A program made the position numbers and the translations under genes. Below, piece after piece: positions 29,288 to 38,456 of a stretch of 64,000 nt of DNA. The stretch lies in assembly GCA_051252135.1 (NCBI GenBank), contig JBPOGH010000004.1, positions 160,001-224,000 of the forward strand, in the 5' to 3' direction. This DNA is from Verrucomicrobiaceae bacterium (lineage in GTDB: Bacteria > Verrucomicrobiota > Verrucomicrobiia > Verrucomicrobiales > Akkermansiaceae). The notes under the pieces are model-generated. The model was not told the origin of the DNA. It saw only the letters and a list, made by a program, of their open reading frames with translations, and did not search any database. Each line of letters opens with the position of its first letter. The stretch's first letter is position 1.

Positions 29288-29890
29288 TTACTGAACGACG
29301 ACGATGGGGCTGCCCTTGGCGATCTTGCGATAGATGTCATCGATGACGTCATGGGGCGTGCGGACGCAGCCGTTTGATCCGGGGTAGCGGTGGACGTAGC
29401 CGGAGCCGTGCATGCCGATGCCACCGCCGGTCATGCGCATCCAGTAGGGAAGGGAGGCGCCGACGTATTTGTCGCGACGGCCTTTGTATTTTCGGCGATC
29501 ACCACCGTGGACGCGGCGGCCCTTGTAGTAGGTGGTGCCGAAGATGTTGGAGCGTTTGTCGACGATCTTTTCCTGGACGCGGTAGCGGCCGGGAGGGGTG
29601 CGTTTGCCTGCTTTGCCGGTGCAGACGGGGGTATCGATGGCGACTTGTTTTTCGGGTCCCACGAGGAGTTGGGCGCGTTGGTCGGAGAGGTCGATGCGGA
29701 TTTCGGTGTTTCCGTGCACGGCGGCGTCATAGACTGCGCGATTGCGATAAACCTTTGAGCTCTGCCGGTAGTCGGACTTGGCTTTGAACGCCGAGTAGGA
29801 CGTGACGGAGGTGGAGGTAGAGACATCCGAGCAGCTGCTGAGTGCGAGGGCACCGAGAGCAAGAGCGAGGAGTGAAGCCAGTGATTTCAT
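29288..29890 (-). CDS. L,D-transpeptidase lipoprotein
   Basis: Lipobox; TPPG, GIGMHG, SNGCVR. Confidence 0.9.
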   Translation of the reverse strand: MKSLASLLALALGALALSSCSDVSTSTSVTSYSAFKAKSDYRQSSKVYRNRAVYDAAVHGNTEIRIDLSDQRAQLLVGPEKQVAIDTPVCTGKAGKRTPPGRYRVQEKIVDKRSNIFGTTYYKGRRVHGGDRRKYKGRRDKYVGASLPYWMRMTGGGIGMHGSGYVHRYPGSNGCVRTPHDVIDDIYRKIAKGSPIVVVQ

Positions 29891-30056
29891 TGTGTTGTGT
29901 TATTAGGGGGTGGGGGTTTTAGGTTGTGTGGACAAATTGCTTCACGCTGCGACCAGCGGGGAAGAAAAGGTAATTAATATCGGCAGTGAGGTATGAGAAA
30001 GCAGCTTTTCGGCTCATTTTCCGTCTGCCTTCGTTAGCAATCGGGTTATTGATGAT

Positions 30057-30716
30057 TTAGGGTTCGACGACCACGGGGGTGCCGACTTTTGTTTTACTGA
30101 AGACGATTGGAACAGCGGAGTAGTGGCTGCGGATGCATCCGTGGGAGGCATACCGGCTGTTGACGTTTCCTTTGTGCATGCCGATGCCATCACCGGTCAA
30201 GCGCATCCAGTAGAGCATGGGAGCGCCGACGAACTTGCCGCCTTCGGGGATTTCGTCCTTGCGGGCGTCGGCGTTGGATTTGGCGACTTTTCCTGCGGCA
30301 TTGTAGATGGTGCCGTAGAGGTTGGATCGTTTGTCTTTGACCTTTTCGGTGATGCGGAAGTTGCCGGTGGGGGTGTCATATTTACCGCGACGACCGGTGG
30401 ATATCCGGTAGTCGATAGCGACCTCGTCATTGACGAGGAGAAAGCCCCGTTGGGTGGAGATGTTGATCCGCACGCTGGTGTTGCCTGGATTGGCGGTAGC
30501 GAGGAGGGAATCGTTTTTCCAGGTGCGGGTGGTGCCGGGATATTTTTCGGCTTTGAAGTGATCGTAGGTTCCCGGGGGGTAGGGGTTGACGAATCCGGCC
30601 TTCTTGGGATTTGCGACCGAGGCAGCCTGGTCGGGGGGAGGGGTGGGGCCGCAGCTGGTGAGAAAAAGGCCAGCGATGAGGAGAAGTGTCAGGGAGAAAA
30701 GACGGTGAAGGGGCAT
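30057..30716 (-). CDS. L,D-transpeptidase lipoprotein
   Basis: Lipobox; TPTG, GIGMH, ASHGCIR. Confidence 0.92.
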   Translation of the reverse strand: MPLHRLFSLTLLLIAGLFLTSCGPTPPPDQAASVANPKKAGFVNPYPPGTYDHFKAEKYPGTTRTWKNDSLLATANPGNTSVRINISTQRGFLLVNDEVAIDYRISTGRRGKYDTPTGNFRITEKVKDKRSNLYGTIYNAAGKVAKSNADARKDEIPEGGKFVGAPMLYWMRLTGDGIGMHKGNVNSRYASHGCIRSHYSAVPIVFSKTKVGTPVVVEP

Positions 30717-30854
30717 GGGGCAATGTGCTTAGGTGGGGCAAAGTATAGGACTGGTTCAGATGAACACAAGGGGCAAGAGGCTTAAATTAAGGTGTTGGAA
30801 AACTAGCATTTAATGATTGACGCGCGGTTCAATTGCTGTTTTTTTAGCACCGAA

Positions 30855-31694
30855 ATGAATGTGAGTGAAGTAATAAGTTATTGGAAGAAGCAGGGAGGAT
30901 TGGGGTTGGTTGCATTGGTGTTGGCGAGTTGTGCGGGAGTGCCGGCATCCCGCTATCCGGCAGCACCGAGCATGACTGCGGACGCGTCCAGGGAAGGGGC
31001 TGGACAGATGAGAGCAAGAAGTGCGCCAGTGAATCGTCCGGGGTTGGCAACGGGATTTGGGGAGCGGATGGACTCGTCGATGGGTTACACGGATTTTGTG
31101 AGGGGGAGTTCGAAGCCGATCTCGGTCTCGATGATCCGCTACAACGATGAGGAGGGGGCGAAGGCGATGGATGTGAACCGTTCGTCGAGTCTTTCGGGAT
31201 TGCGCAAGGTGAGTGAGGGATACGTGGAGTGGGGAGTGAAGAGCAACTGGCGGACTTTGAAGAATTACTGGTGGCGGGGTGACCGGCTGGTGATTGGGAG
31301 GAAGGGAAGCAATTATTCGTTGTTGGTGAAGAATCTGACGCGGTCGCGCCTTGAAGTGGTGTTGAGCGTGGATGGTCTGGATGTGATTGACGGGAAGACG
31401 GCGAGCACGAGGAAGAGGGGTTACATTGTTCATCCGGGAAAGACGCTGGAGGTGAAGGGGTTCCGGACGAGTCACGATGCGGTGGCGGCGTTTGAATTTT
31501 CCTCGGTGAGGAATTCCTATGCCAATCTGAAGCATGGAGAAACGCGGAATGTGGGGGTGTTGGGGCTGGCGGTGTATCCGGAGAAGGGGATTGACCCGTG
31601 GAATGGGTATGGACGGGAAGGTGAGAGGCGGGTGCGGGCGCGGGCCTTTGCGGAGGAGCCGATCTTCCGGGCGCGCAATGTGACAACGGACTGA
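30855..31694 (+). CDS. Hypothetical lipoprotein
   Basis: LASC lipobox; VVLSVDGLDVIDG, VGVLGLAVY. Confidence 0.75.
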   Translation: MNVSEVISYWKKQGGLGLVALVLASCAGVPASRYPAAPSMTADASREGAGQMRARSAPVNRPGLATGFGERMDSSMGYTDFVRGSSKPISVSMIRYNDEEGAKAMDVNRSSSLSGLRKVSEGYVEWGVKSNWRTLKNYWWRGDRLVIGRKGSNYSLLVKNLTRSRLEVVLSVDGLDVIDGKTASTRKRGYIVHPGKTLEVKGFRTSHDAVAAFEFSSVRNSYANLKHGETRNVGVLGLAVYPEKGIDPWNGYGREGERRVRARAFAEEPIFRARNVTTD

Positions 31695-31702
31695 TTGAAT
31701 CT

Positions 31703-31834
31703 ATGAATACGATAATGAAACTACTGACAGTGGCGCTTGCTGCGATCGCGATGGGAATGTTGAGCAGCTGCGGGTCTTCGCCGGCAGCGGTGGACACAAC
31801 GATTCCGGGCCCGATTGAGATCGGGAACAAGTAA
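31703..31834 (+). CDS. Small lipoprotein (43 aa, below the ORF-track cutoff)
   Basis: MNTIMKLLTVALAAIAMGMLSSCGSSPAAVDTTIPGPIEIGNK; hairpin and U-run follow. Confidence 0.7.
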   Translation: MNTIMKLLTVALAAIAMGMLSSCGSSPAAVDTTIPGPIEIGNK

Positions 31835-31957
31835 GCGGTCCCACTTGAAACGCACCACTCAGTCCGTTGCGGTCCGGGTGGTTTTTTACGCCAATAAAAA
31901 AGCCGCCTTTCCGCGGAGATGCGGGAAGGCGGCTGTGAAATGAAAAGAAGGGGGCAG

Positions 31958-32629
31958 TTAGGACCGCTTGCGACGGAGGCCGAGAGCGAAGGCCGCTGCA
32001 CCGAGGAGGAGCGAGGAGCCGGGCTCCGGGATGGTGCCGGTGAGGGCGACGTTGTCGAGGTCGACGTTGTTGGCGAGGTCTGCGTAGGAGAGGACGAAGG
32101 TGACGGTTTCTCCGATTCCAAGGGTGGAGACGGCGAGGCCGGTCAAATCGACATCATGAGAACCGAAACCGGTGTCTCCGAAGGCCTTGGTGACGTTTCC
32201 GGTGCCGACCGATCCCGAAGTGACGGATGATCCCGGATTGATGGTGAGGTCCCAGGTGGGGGTGGTGGCGCCGCCGGTTTGACGGGTGTCGAAACGGAAG
32301 GTGTCCAATGGGATGAGGATGCCCGAAGAGTTCGTGATGGTGAACGAGATGGTGGCAGTGGTGACCCCATTGATCCGATTTCCGTCAGCGTGGTCGGCAA
32401 CCGAGGTGTTCGCGCCGGCGAGGCTACCGAAGGTCCCGTCGCTGCTTGCGCCAAACTTGTTGGCGAAGTGCCCGCCGCCGCTTACTGCGGAACCGGTGGC
32501 ACCGGTGGTGGTGGAGGCAGGCGAAGTGCCGGTGACCCAAGTGTCATCCCAAGCGGCGACGAGAGCTGCCGAGCTTGTGGCCTGGAGGGCCAGGAAGGTG
32601 AGGGAGGTGGATAAAATTGTATTTTTCAT
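31958..32629 (-). CDS. PEP-CTERM sorting-domain protein
   Basis: Signal peptide; IPEPGS-TM-RRKRS. Confidence 0.92.
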   Translation of the reverse strand: MKNTILSTSLTFLALQATSSAALVAAWDDTWVTGTSPASTTTGATGSAVSGGGHFANKFGASSDGTFGSLAGANTSVADHADGNRINGVTTATISFTITNSSGILIPLDTFRFDTRQTGGATTPTWDLTINPGSSVTSGSVGTGNVTKAFGDTGFGSHDVDLTGLAVSTLGIGETVTFVLSYADLANNVDLDNVALTGTIPEPGSSLLLGAAAFALGLRRKRS

Positions 32630-32830
32630 GAGACTGATTGATTGAGGGACGTGAGTGCTGGTGCAAGTTCGGTGAACCAGGAGGTGCGGACCCTATGGCT
32701 TAGGGGGGAATGCCGTCTATCCCCTTAAGGTGTGACGGGATTGGAAAGACAATGATTTCACACGAAATGGGGAGGCGGGATACGGTCCATCTTCTCGCTT
32801 TTGAATGGTTGCGGTGATTGAATCCAAAAA

Positions 32831-34531
32831 GTGATGCTGCGTTTGCCCGCTCTTTTACTGCTCGTGGCTTTGGGGTTACCGGAAGCAGAGGGGGGAGCTG
32901 TTTCCGGATTGTCCTCCGGGCGCAAGGGGCATGAGCTTGTTCTGTCCGGAGTTCTGGTGGATGGAAGCCGGGTGGAGCTGCCCAGCGACCGGAAGTCGCC
33001 GCTTGTTTTCGAGCCGGGACTTCACCGGTTGGACTTCGATTTGAATTTCGCGAGCAATTCGGAGGATGAGCAGGTGCAGTTGCGTTATCAACTGGGGGGG
33101 AATCACGGGCAGTGGCTGACGACCACGAATGGGATGAGCTTAATTTGCCAGGTGCGAGATGGTGAGAACCGGGCACTTTCAGAGGTCCGGTTCGACATGA
33201 TCGGATCGAGTCCGGGGTGGAACACGGAGCTTTCAGACTCGGAGTTTACGTGGCGTTCCGAACCTTATTATATTCCGAAGGAGGGACGGGCGCTCTACCT
33301 GTCCATCGTTTCGGGGTCGGATGACACGACAGGGGTGTTTGCGATTCAGGATCTTGAAGTGACGCACCCTGGAACGACGACGCCATTTCTTTGGTCGAAC
33401 TCCGATTTTGAGATCGGGGAGGACCTAGATTCTCCGGGCGGGACACCCCACCGGTGGAGCCGGAGGGGAGGGGATCCCGGAATTGCGGAGATTTTTCAGA
33501 GATCGGAGAAGCTGGCGATTGCGTTGTTCGATGACAGCGAGGAGGCATCGGGCGAGTGGGCCTCCCTGCAGGCGTTTGATGCCGATATTTTTGCCGATCA
33601 GCCTGTGATCATTTCGTGGAGGGGGGCTTACAAGGTTTCCGGCGGAACGCGGCATCGGGCTTCCTTTCTTCATGTTCCTCCGGGCGAGTATACCTTTCGG
33701 GCGGTTGGGGTGCGATTGGGAGAGGAACCACAAGCGAACCTGGTGAGTCTGAAAATCAGGATTCCGCGGCATTTTTGGGAGCGGGCCTGGTTCCTGCCGT
33801 TGGTGGTGGGAGGATGTGTGGGGCTTTTGGCCTGGGCTTTGGTCGGCCGGGCGCGACGTCGGGTCCGCCGGAGGGAGCGGGAGCTGGAGTTTGAACGAAA
33901 GCTGGAAGGGGACCGGACACGGATTGCGCGGGATATGCATGATGATCTGGGGACGCGCCTTAGCATTCTTAGTCTCGACGGGGCGATGGCCTTAAATGAT
34001 CTTGAAAGGGATCCCGGGAATGCGCGGCGACTTTTGTCGGCGATGAAGAACTCGACCCGTGAGATGGTGGCGGCAATGGATGACCTGGTGTGGGCGGTGG
34101 ATCCGGCTCACGATGATTTGGATCAATTTGCCTCGCATCTGACGAGGATGGCGGAAGAGGTGTTTCGAGGAAGTCCGATCCGTTATCGGTTCGACATTCC
34201 GGCCCGGTTGCCGGGCTACTCCCTGCAATCGGATATGCGGCATCAGTTGGCGCTCGCGGTGAAGGAAGCTCTCCACAATGTGCTTCGTCATGCGGGTCCG
34301 TGTGAGGTGTTTCTTTCGTTGGCACTTGTGGAATCGAAGCTCCAAATTACGATTCGGGATACGGGAGCGGGTTTTGATCTCGGGCGTCCCTCCACGGGTA
34401 ACGGGCTTTGCAATTTCAAGGATCGTCTCGAGGAGCTCGGGGGCTCCTGTTCCATCAATTCCAGTCCCGGAGAGGGGACCGAGGTTCAATTCACGTGTCC
34501 TCTTCCCAATCACCCCAAGTCCAGTTCATGA
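32831..34531 (+). CDS. Membrane sensor histidine kinase (HisKA_3) with a Y_Y_Y-like extracytoplasmic part
   Basis: RIARDMHDDLG, KEALHNVLRHA, D.G.GF, GNGL. Confidence 0.92.
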   Translation: MMLRLPALLLLVALGLPEAEGGAVSGLSSGRKGHELVLSGVLVDGSRVELPSDRKSPLVFEPGLHRLDFDLNFASNSEDEQVQLRYQLGGNHGQWLTTTNGMSLICQVRDGENRALSEVRFDMIGSSPGWNTELSDSEFTWRSEPYYIPKEGRALYLSIVSGSDDTTGVFAIQDLEVTHPGTTTPFLWSNSDFEIGEDLDSPGGTPHRWSRRGGDPGIAEIFQRSEKLAIALFDDSEEASGEWASLQAFDADIFADQPVIISWRGAYKVSGGTRHRASFLHVPPGEYTFRAVGVRLGEEPQANLVSLKIRIPRHFWERAWFLPLVVGGCVGLLAWALVGRARRRVRRRERELEFERKLEGDRTRIARDMHDDLGTRLSILSLDGAMALNDLERDPGNARRLLSAMKNSTREMVAAMDDLVWAVDPAHDDLDQFASHLTRMAEEVFRGSPIRYRFDIPARLPGYSLQSDMRHQLALAVKEALHNVLRHAGPCEVFLSLALVESKLQITIRDTGAGFDLGRPSTGNGLCNFKDRLEELGGSCSINSSPGEGTEVQFTCPLPNHPKSSS

Positions 34532-35163
34532 ACGATCATCCTACACCAATTGCCATCGTCGAAGACGACCCGACTCTCAGAGGAACCCTTGCAGAGATCG
34601 TGCGGAGAGATGCAAAATGGAAACTCGTCGGGAGCTTTTCCTGTGCGGAAGAGGCGCTTGAAAATTTGCCACAACTGGGACCGGAAATTGTGCTTATGGA
34701 CATCAGTTTGCCCGGGGCGTCGGGGATTGAATGTGTTGCCAATTTGAAGGAGCTTTGTCCCGAGGTTCAGGTGTTGATGGTGACGGTCTATGACAACAAC
34801 GATCGGATCTTTGATGCGTTGGCTGCGGGTGCATCGGGTTATCTTCTCAAACGGGATGTGCCGGAAATGCTTCTGACGGCGCTCTCCGATTTGCTGGCGG
34901 GGGGGTCTCCGATGTCCAGTGCGATTGCCCGGAAGGTGGTGCAGCACTTTCAAAAGAAGCCGGAAGTGAATCTTGAGGAGTATGCTCTGACGCCGCGCGA
35001 GACCCAGATTTTGGAACAGCTGGTGACGGGTTCCCTTTATAAGGAGATTGCCGAAGAGCTTAAAATCGGAGTGGAGACGGTGCGGACCCATCTTCGGAAC
35101 ATTTACGCCAAGCTGCATGTCCGCACGCGGACGGAAGCGGTGGTCAAGTATCTTGGTCATTGA
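34528..35163 (+). CDS. NarL/LuxR-family response regulator
   Basis: VEDD, LMDISLPG, GYLLK, LTPRE...YKEIA...HLRNIYAKLHV. Confidence 0.95.
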   Translation: MNDHPTPIAIVEDDPTLRGTLAEIVRRDAKWKLVGSFSCAEEALENLPQLGPEIVLMDISLPGASGIECVANLKELCPEVQVLMVTVYDNNDRIFDALAAGASGYLLKRDVPEMLLTALSDLLAGGSPMSSAIARKVVQHFQKKPEVNLEEYALTPRETQILEQLVTGSLYKEIAEELKIGVETVRTHLRNIYAKLHVRTRTEAVVKYLGH

Positions 35164-35228
35164 GAAACACGGGCCGCTTTTTCGGAGACAGAGAGCGGTT
35201 CACCCGATCATCCATCCCCTGATAATTT

Positions 35229-36632
35229 TTGAAGACACATTACCTTTACCTGCCCCGCCTCGTGATTCCCGGAGTGATGAGCTTGCTGACTCTGAGCCCT
35301 CCGGGGTTTGCCGAAACTCCTTACTTGATCGAACTGCCGGAGGTGGTGGAAGCGAGGCTTGAGGTGGAGACCAACAAGAAAGTGCCGGTGAATCCGATGC
35401 TGCTGGGTCTGAATTGCAGTTGGCCGGAGAGGCAATACGGGAAGGTGGGCTACAATCATCCGGATGCGCAGAAGTTGATTCGTTCTTTTAAGCCGAGTTC
35501 ATTGAGATTTCCCCATGGGGTGTGGGCGAATTTTTATGACTGGGAAAGTGACGGGCGTCGAATGACCGACTCCTACAAAACGCCGTATGATGCGGCGGTG
35601 AAGGATCATCCTGATTTGAAGTATGGGTTCGAGGGACTGCATCAACTCCATGGGGAGTTGGGCTTCGACGTTTTATTTACGTGGAATGTGAATTATGATT
35701 CTCCCGAGAAGGGAGTGAGGCGCTTGTTGGATCGGCGTGAGAAGGGGTTTCAAGTGAAGCGGGTTGAGCTTGGGAATGAAATCTTTTGGAAGACGCAGAG
35801 GAGTGGGGCGGTGAGTGATGTGGGAAAGTATATTTCAGTTTCCAAGGCCCATGCGGCGGCGTTGAAGGCGGTGGATCCGGAGATTGAGATCTCGGTGCCG
35901 ATTCATTGGCGGGAGGTGCTGACGAATGCCTGGAATCTGCCGTTTTTGAGGGAGGATTATTTTGATGCGATCACGATTCACAAGTACATCGATAAGAAGG
36001 AGTCGGCGAAAGAGATGGGTGAAGCGCTGGATGCGCGGAGCGAGATGTGGGAGCTGGCGGAGAACCTGGAGTCGATTTTTCCGGGGAAGCCTCTGTGGTT
36101 TTCAGAGTGGGCGGTGACCGGTGGGGATGAGGCAACGACTGTGATCGGAACGGTGGATGCGTGGCTGGGGTTTATGAATCACCCGGAGCGCTTTGAGGTC
36201 GCGTGTTTTTTCCAGATCAATGCGTCGCATCCCTTGATTCAATATGAGCCGAAAACGGGGACGCATCGACGCACGGCATTGGGGGTGGGGTATGAGATGG
36301 TGCGTGGGGTTTTTGAGGGAGGGGAGCTCTTGAAAGCGAAGATGGAGGCGACGCAGATTGGGCACGGGTTTGATGCGGTGTGTGCGGAGGCGGTGCTGAA
36401 GGACGGGGAGGTGACGCTCTTTGCGGTGAACAAGACGAACCGGGAGGTGCCGCTAAGTTATGTGATCGACGGGCGGAAATCCGGGGTGAGTTCACACCGG
36501 GCGTTTTTGTTGACCGCTCTGGAAGTGGGGGCGAGTTATGCGCCGGATGACGATCCTTTGGTGACGATTCCCGTGGGTGGAGGAATTGTTTTACCGCCGT
36601 TATCGATCAACGAGATTCGGATCTCGAAGTAG
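35229..36632 (+). CDS. Clan GH-A-like glycoside hydrolase (GH51/GH79-like)
   Basis: LRFPHG..ANFYDW, VELGNE, WFSEW; C-terminal beta-sandwich; start codon uncertain. Confidence 0.7.
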   Translation: MKTHYLYLPRLVIPGVMSLLTLSPPGFAETPYLIELPEVVEARLEVETNKKVPVNPMLLGLNCSWPERQYGKVGYNHPDAQKLIRSFKPSSLRFPHGVWANFYDWESDGRRMTDSYKTPYDAAVKDHPDLKYGFEGLHQLHGELGFDVLFTWNVNYDSPEKGVRRLLDRREKGFQVKRVELGNEIFWKTQRSGAVSDVGKYISVSKAHAAALKAVDPEIEISVPIHWREVLTNAWNLPFLREDYFDAITIHKYIDKKESAKEMGEALDARSEMWELAENLESIFPGKPLWFSEWAVTGGDEATTVIGTVDAWLGFMNHPERFEVACFFQINASHPLIQYEPKTGTHRRTALGVGYEMVRGVFEGGELLKAKMEATQIGHGFDAVCAEAVLKDGEVTLFAVNKTNREVPLSYVIDGRKSGVSSHRAFLLTALEVGASYAPDDDPLVTIPVGGGIVLPPLSINEIRISK

Positions 36633-36654
36633 GTCGCTACGGTTTGCTGACCGT

Positions 36655-36714
36655 TTGGATGAAGGCGCGGATGGCTTCGAATTGTTTGGCGGAGTCGCCC
36701 CCGAGGAGTTCGGG
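36655..36714. repeat. 60-bp direct repeat, copy 1 (displaced 3' end of the cytochrome c gene)
   Basis: 59/60 identical to 42323-42382; the - strand reads PELLGGDSAKQFEAIRAFIQ then TVSKP* (stop at 36637-39). Confidence 0.95.
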
Positions 36715-36823
36715 GCCGATTGTGAATGGCGGCGGGAGATGAGCAGCAGCTAATCAATGAGCACCACCTAGTTCTTCTGGGGGTGGGTGGTTTTATTGCA
36801 AATGGTCCGGAGGTAGATATTTG

Positions 36824-38413
36824 CTAATCTTGTGATCTAAATTCCAAACGATAGTAACCCTTAGGGTTCTGCTGGTGAGGTGTGCTTAGGATAGTAGCCT
36901 TCATCGTCTGGGTTCCATTTTGAACGGGGCCTAGCTCGATATTTGTTGGTTGACCAACCCATCGTGTGAGGTCTGTGGAGTAGGCGATAACAGGCTGAAT
37001 TCCAGCTGTGTTTATGAATTGCTTCCACGTAAACTCAGACAAGGGAGATTGATCTCTGTCATTGGAAAATCTCGCAGTTGGAAAATCCTGATTTGAAATC
37101 GAATGGGGAGTTTCTCCGAGAGCAAACGCCATGAAGTTTGTGTAGCCCTCGGGGTTTAATGTTGCAGAGGGAGAGCGTTCCTCAGCAGAGTAGATTTCGG
37201 CTGGGAGAAAATGATCCAGCCAGACCTGAAAAGATACAGGGGAGGCTTGAAGGGCGAGAGTGCCGGTCCTTACTTCTCCAAATTGAGTGAGCGTTACGAT
37301 CCTCCCATCTCTGCCGAGATGAGAACTAACATAGGATGAGCTTTGAAGACCCTCCGGGTTTAATTCTATTTCATGTGGATTTGCAGGGTCCGCAACATCC
37401 AAAATTGCGATCTTAGGACTACCGCTGACAACCAAAAGACTGGAGAAGCTGGTTCTCAGACTATCGCCAGCGCGTATTGAGAATGTCTCAGCATTGTAGA
37501 CTTCGGTGAGAGATTGTAATTGAATATTCTTGAGTAGTGTCGGTGCTACTCTGCTATCCCGTATTGCAGTCTGAGACATATCGTAAATTTGGATCGTTCC
37601 ATCAGAAAGAAATGCGTAGAGGGTGTTCCTTGACGGAGCTTCCAGTTTGACGAGTGGAGCGGGAAGGGTGTCGCTCCGAAGAAGGTTTCCTCTTGCGATA
37701 AATGGGCGGGGATCGATATCGATACTCCAAAAGTCTAATCGCTCATAAGACCCTGCTACAAGAACGTTAGAACCCCGAGGGTGGAAGATATCTCCGCCAT
37801 CTCTTTCCAAATCCAAGCTGCGATTGCCGCTTCTGCTAATGGTCCCAGCGTTGTAGCCACGGTAGTTGGGTCCTCCATCGTAGAAATCTTCAAAAGAGTT
37901 TCTTGGATCACGCCACACAACGATGGTCCCGGATTCGTTCACCCAGGCGATTGAAGGCCATAGGGTATCGTCAATTTTGACGCCGCGATATCCTCCTGCA
38001 CTATTTGTGTCGTTTCGTGGACCCAAGTCTGTGATCGAGGGGCTTGAAGATTGGCCGATTGTCAATTCTCTCATTTTTCCACCATCGACAAGAGCAAAGG
38101 CCTGCTGCTCTCCAAGGTAGACACCGTTTAAGATAACATCACGAAGACCAGATTGGGGGTAAGCATTCGTTAGCCATCCATTCTGTCTGGATTCTCCTGC
38201 GAAGATCCAGCCGACAGATGGGACAACAAATGTAACTGCTCCCCAATACTCAGAAGTTTTGATGTACTTCCCTGCACCCGCTCCGATATTGTCGTAAAAC
38301 GCAAACGAAGGGACATCGGAGATGGCGAGTTTTTCACCGAGATTTAGCTGAGCGGAGATGTGGGGAGCGGTAATCAGGAGTGAAAGGGCTGAGAGTAAGC
38401 TAGTCTTTGTCAT
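36824..38413 (-). CDS. Secreted hypothetical protein, beta-propeller-like, with a C-terminal sorting-like domain
   Basis: Signal peptide MTKTSLL...; DGTIQIYD and IAILDVADPANP blades; ends YSTDLTRW...YYRLEF. Confidence 0.7.
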   Translation of the reverse strand: MTKTSLLSALSLLITAPHISAQLNLGEKLAISDVPSFAFYDNIGAGAGKYIKTSEYWGAVTFVVPSVGWIFAGESRQNGWLTNAYPQSGLRDVILNGVYLGEQQAFALVDGGKMRELTIGQSSSPSITDLGPRNDTNSAGGYRGVKIDDTLWPSIAWVNESGTIVVWRDPRNSFEDFYDGGPNYRGYNAGTISRSGNRSLDLERDGGDIFHPRGSNVLVAGSYERLDFWSIDIDPRPFIARGNLLRSDTLPAPLVKLEAPSRNTLYAFLSDGTIQIYDMSQTAIRDSRVAPTLLKNIQLQSLTEVYNAETFSIRAGDSLRTSFSSLLVVSGSPKIAILDVADPANPHEIELNPEGLQSSSYVSSHLGRDGRIVTLTQFGEVRTGTLALQASPVSFQVWLDHFLPAEIYSAEERSPSATLNPEGYTNFMAFALGETPHSISNQDFPTARFSNDRDQSPLSEFTWKQFINTAGIQPVIAYSTDLTRWVGQPTNIELGPVQNGTQTMKATILSTPHQQNPKGYYRLEFRSQD

Positions 38414-38456
38414 GGTGATCTTTGAAAAGGAAATTATTGGGCTGTCGCTGAAAAAA

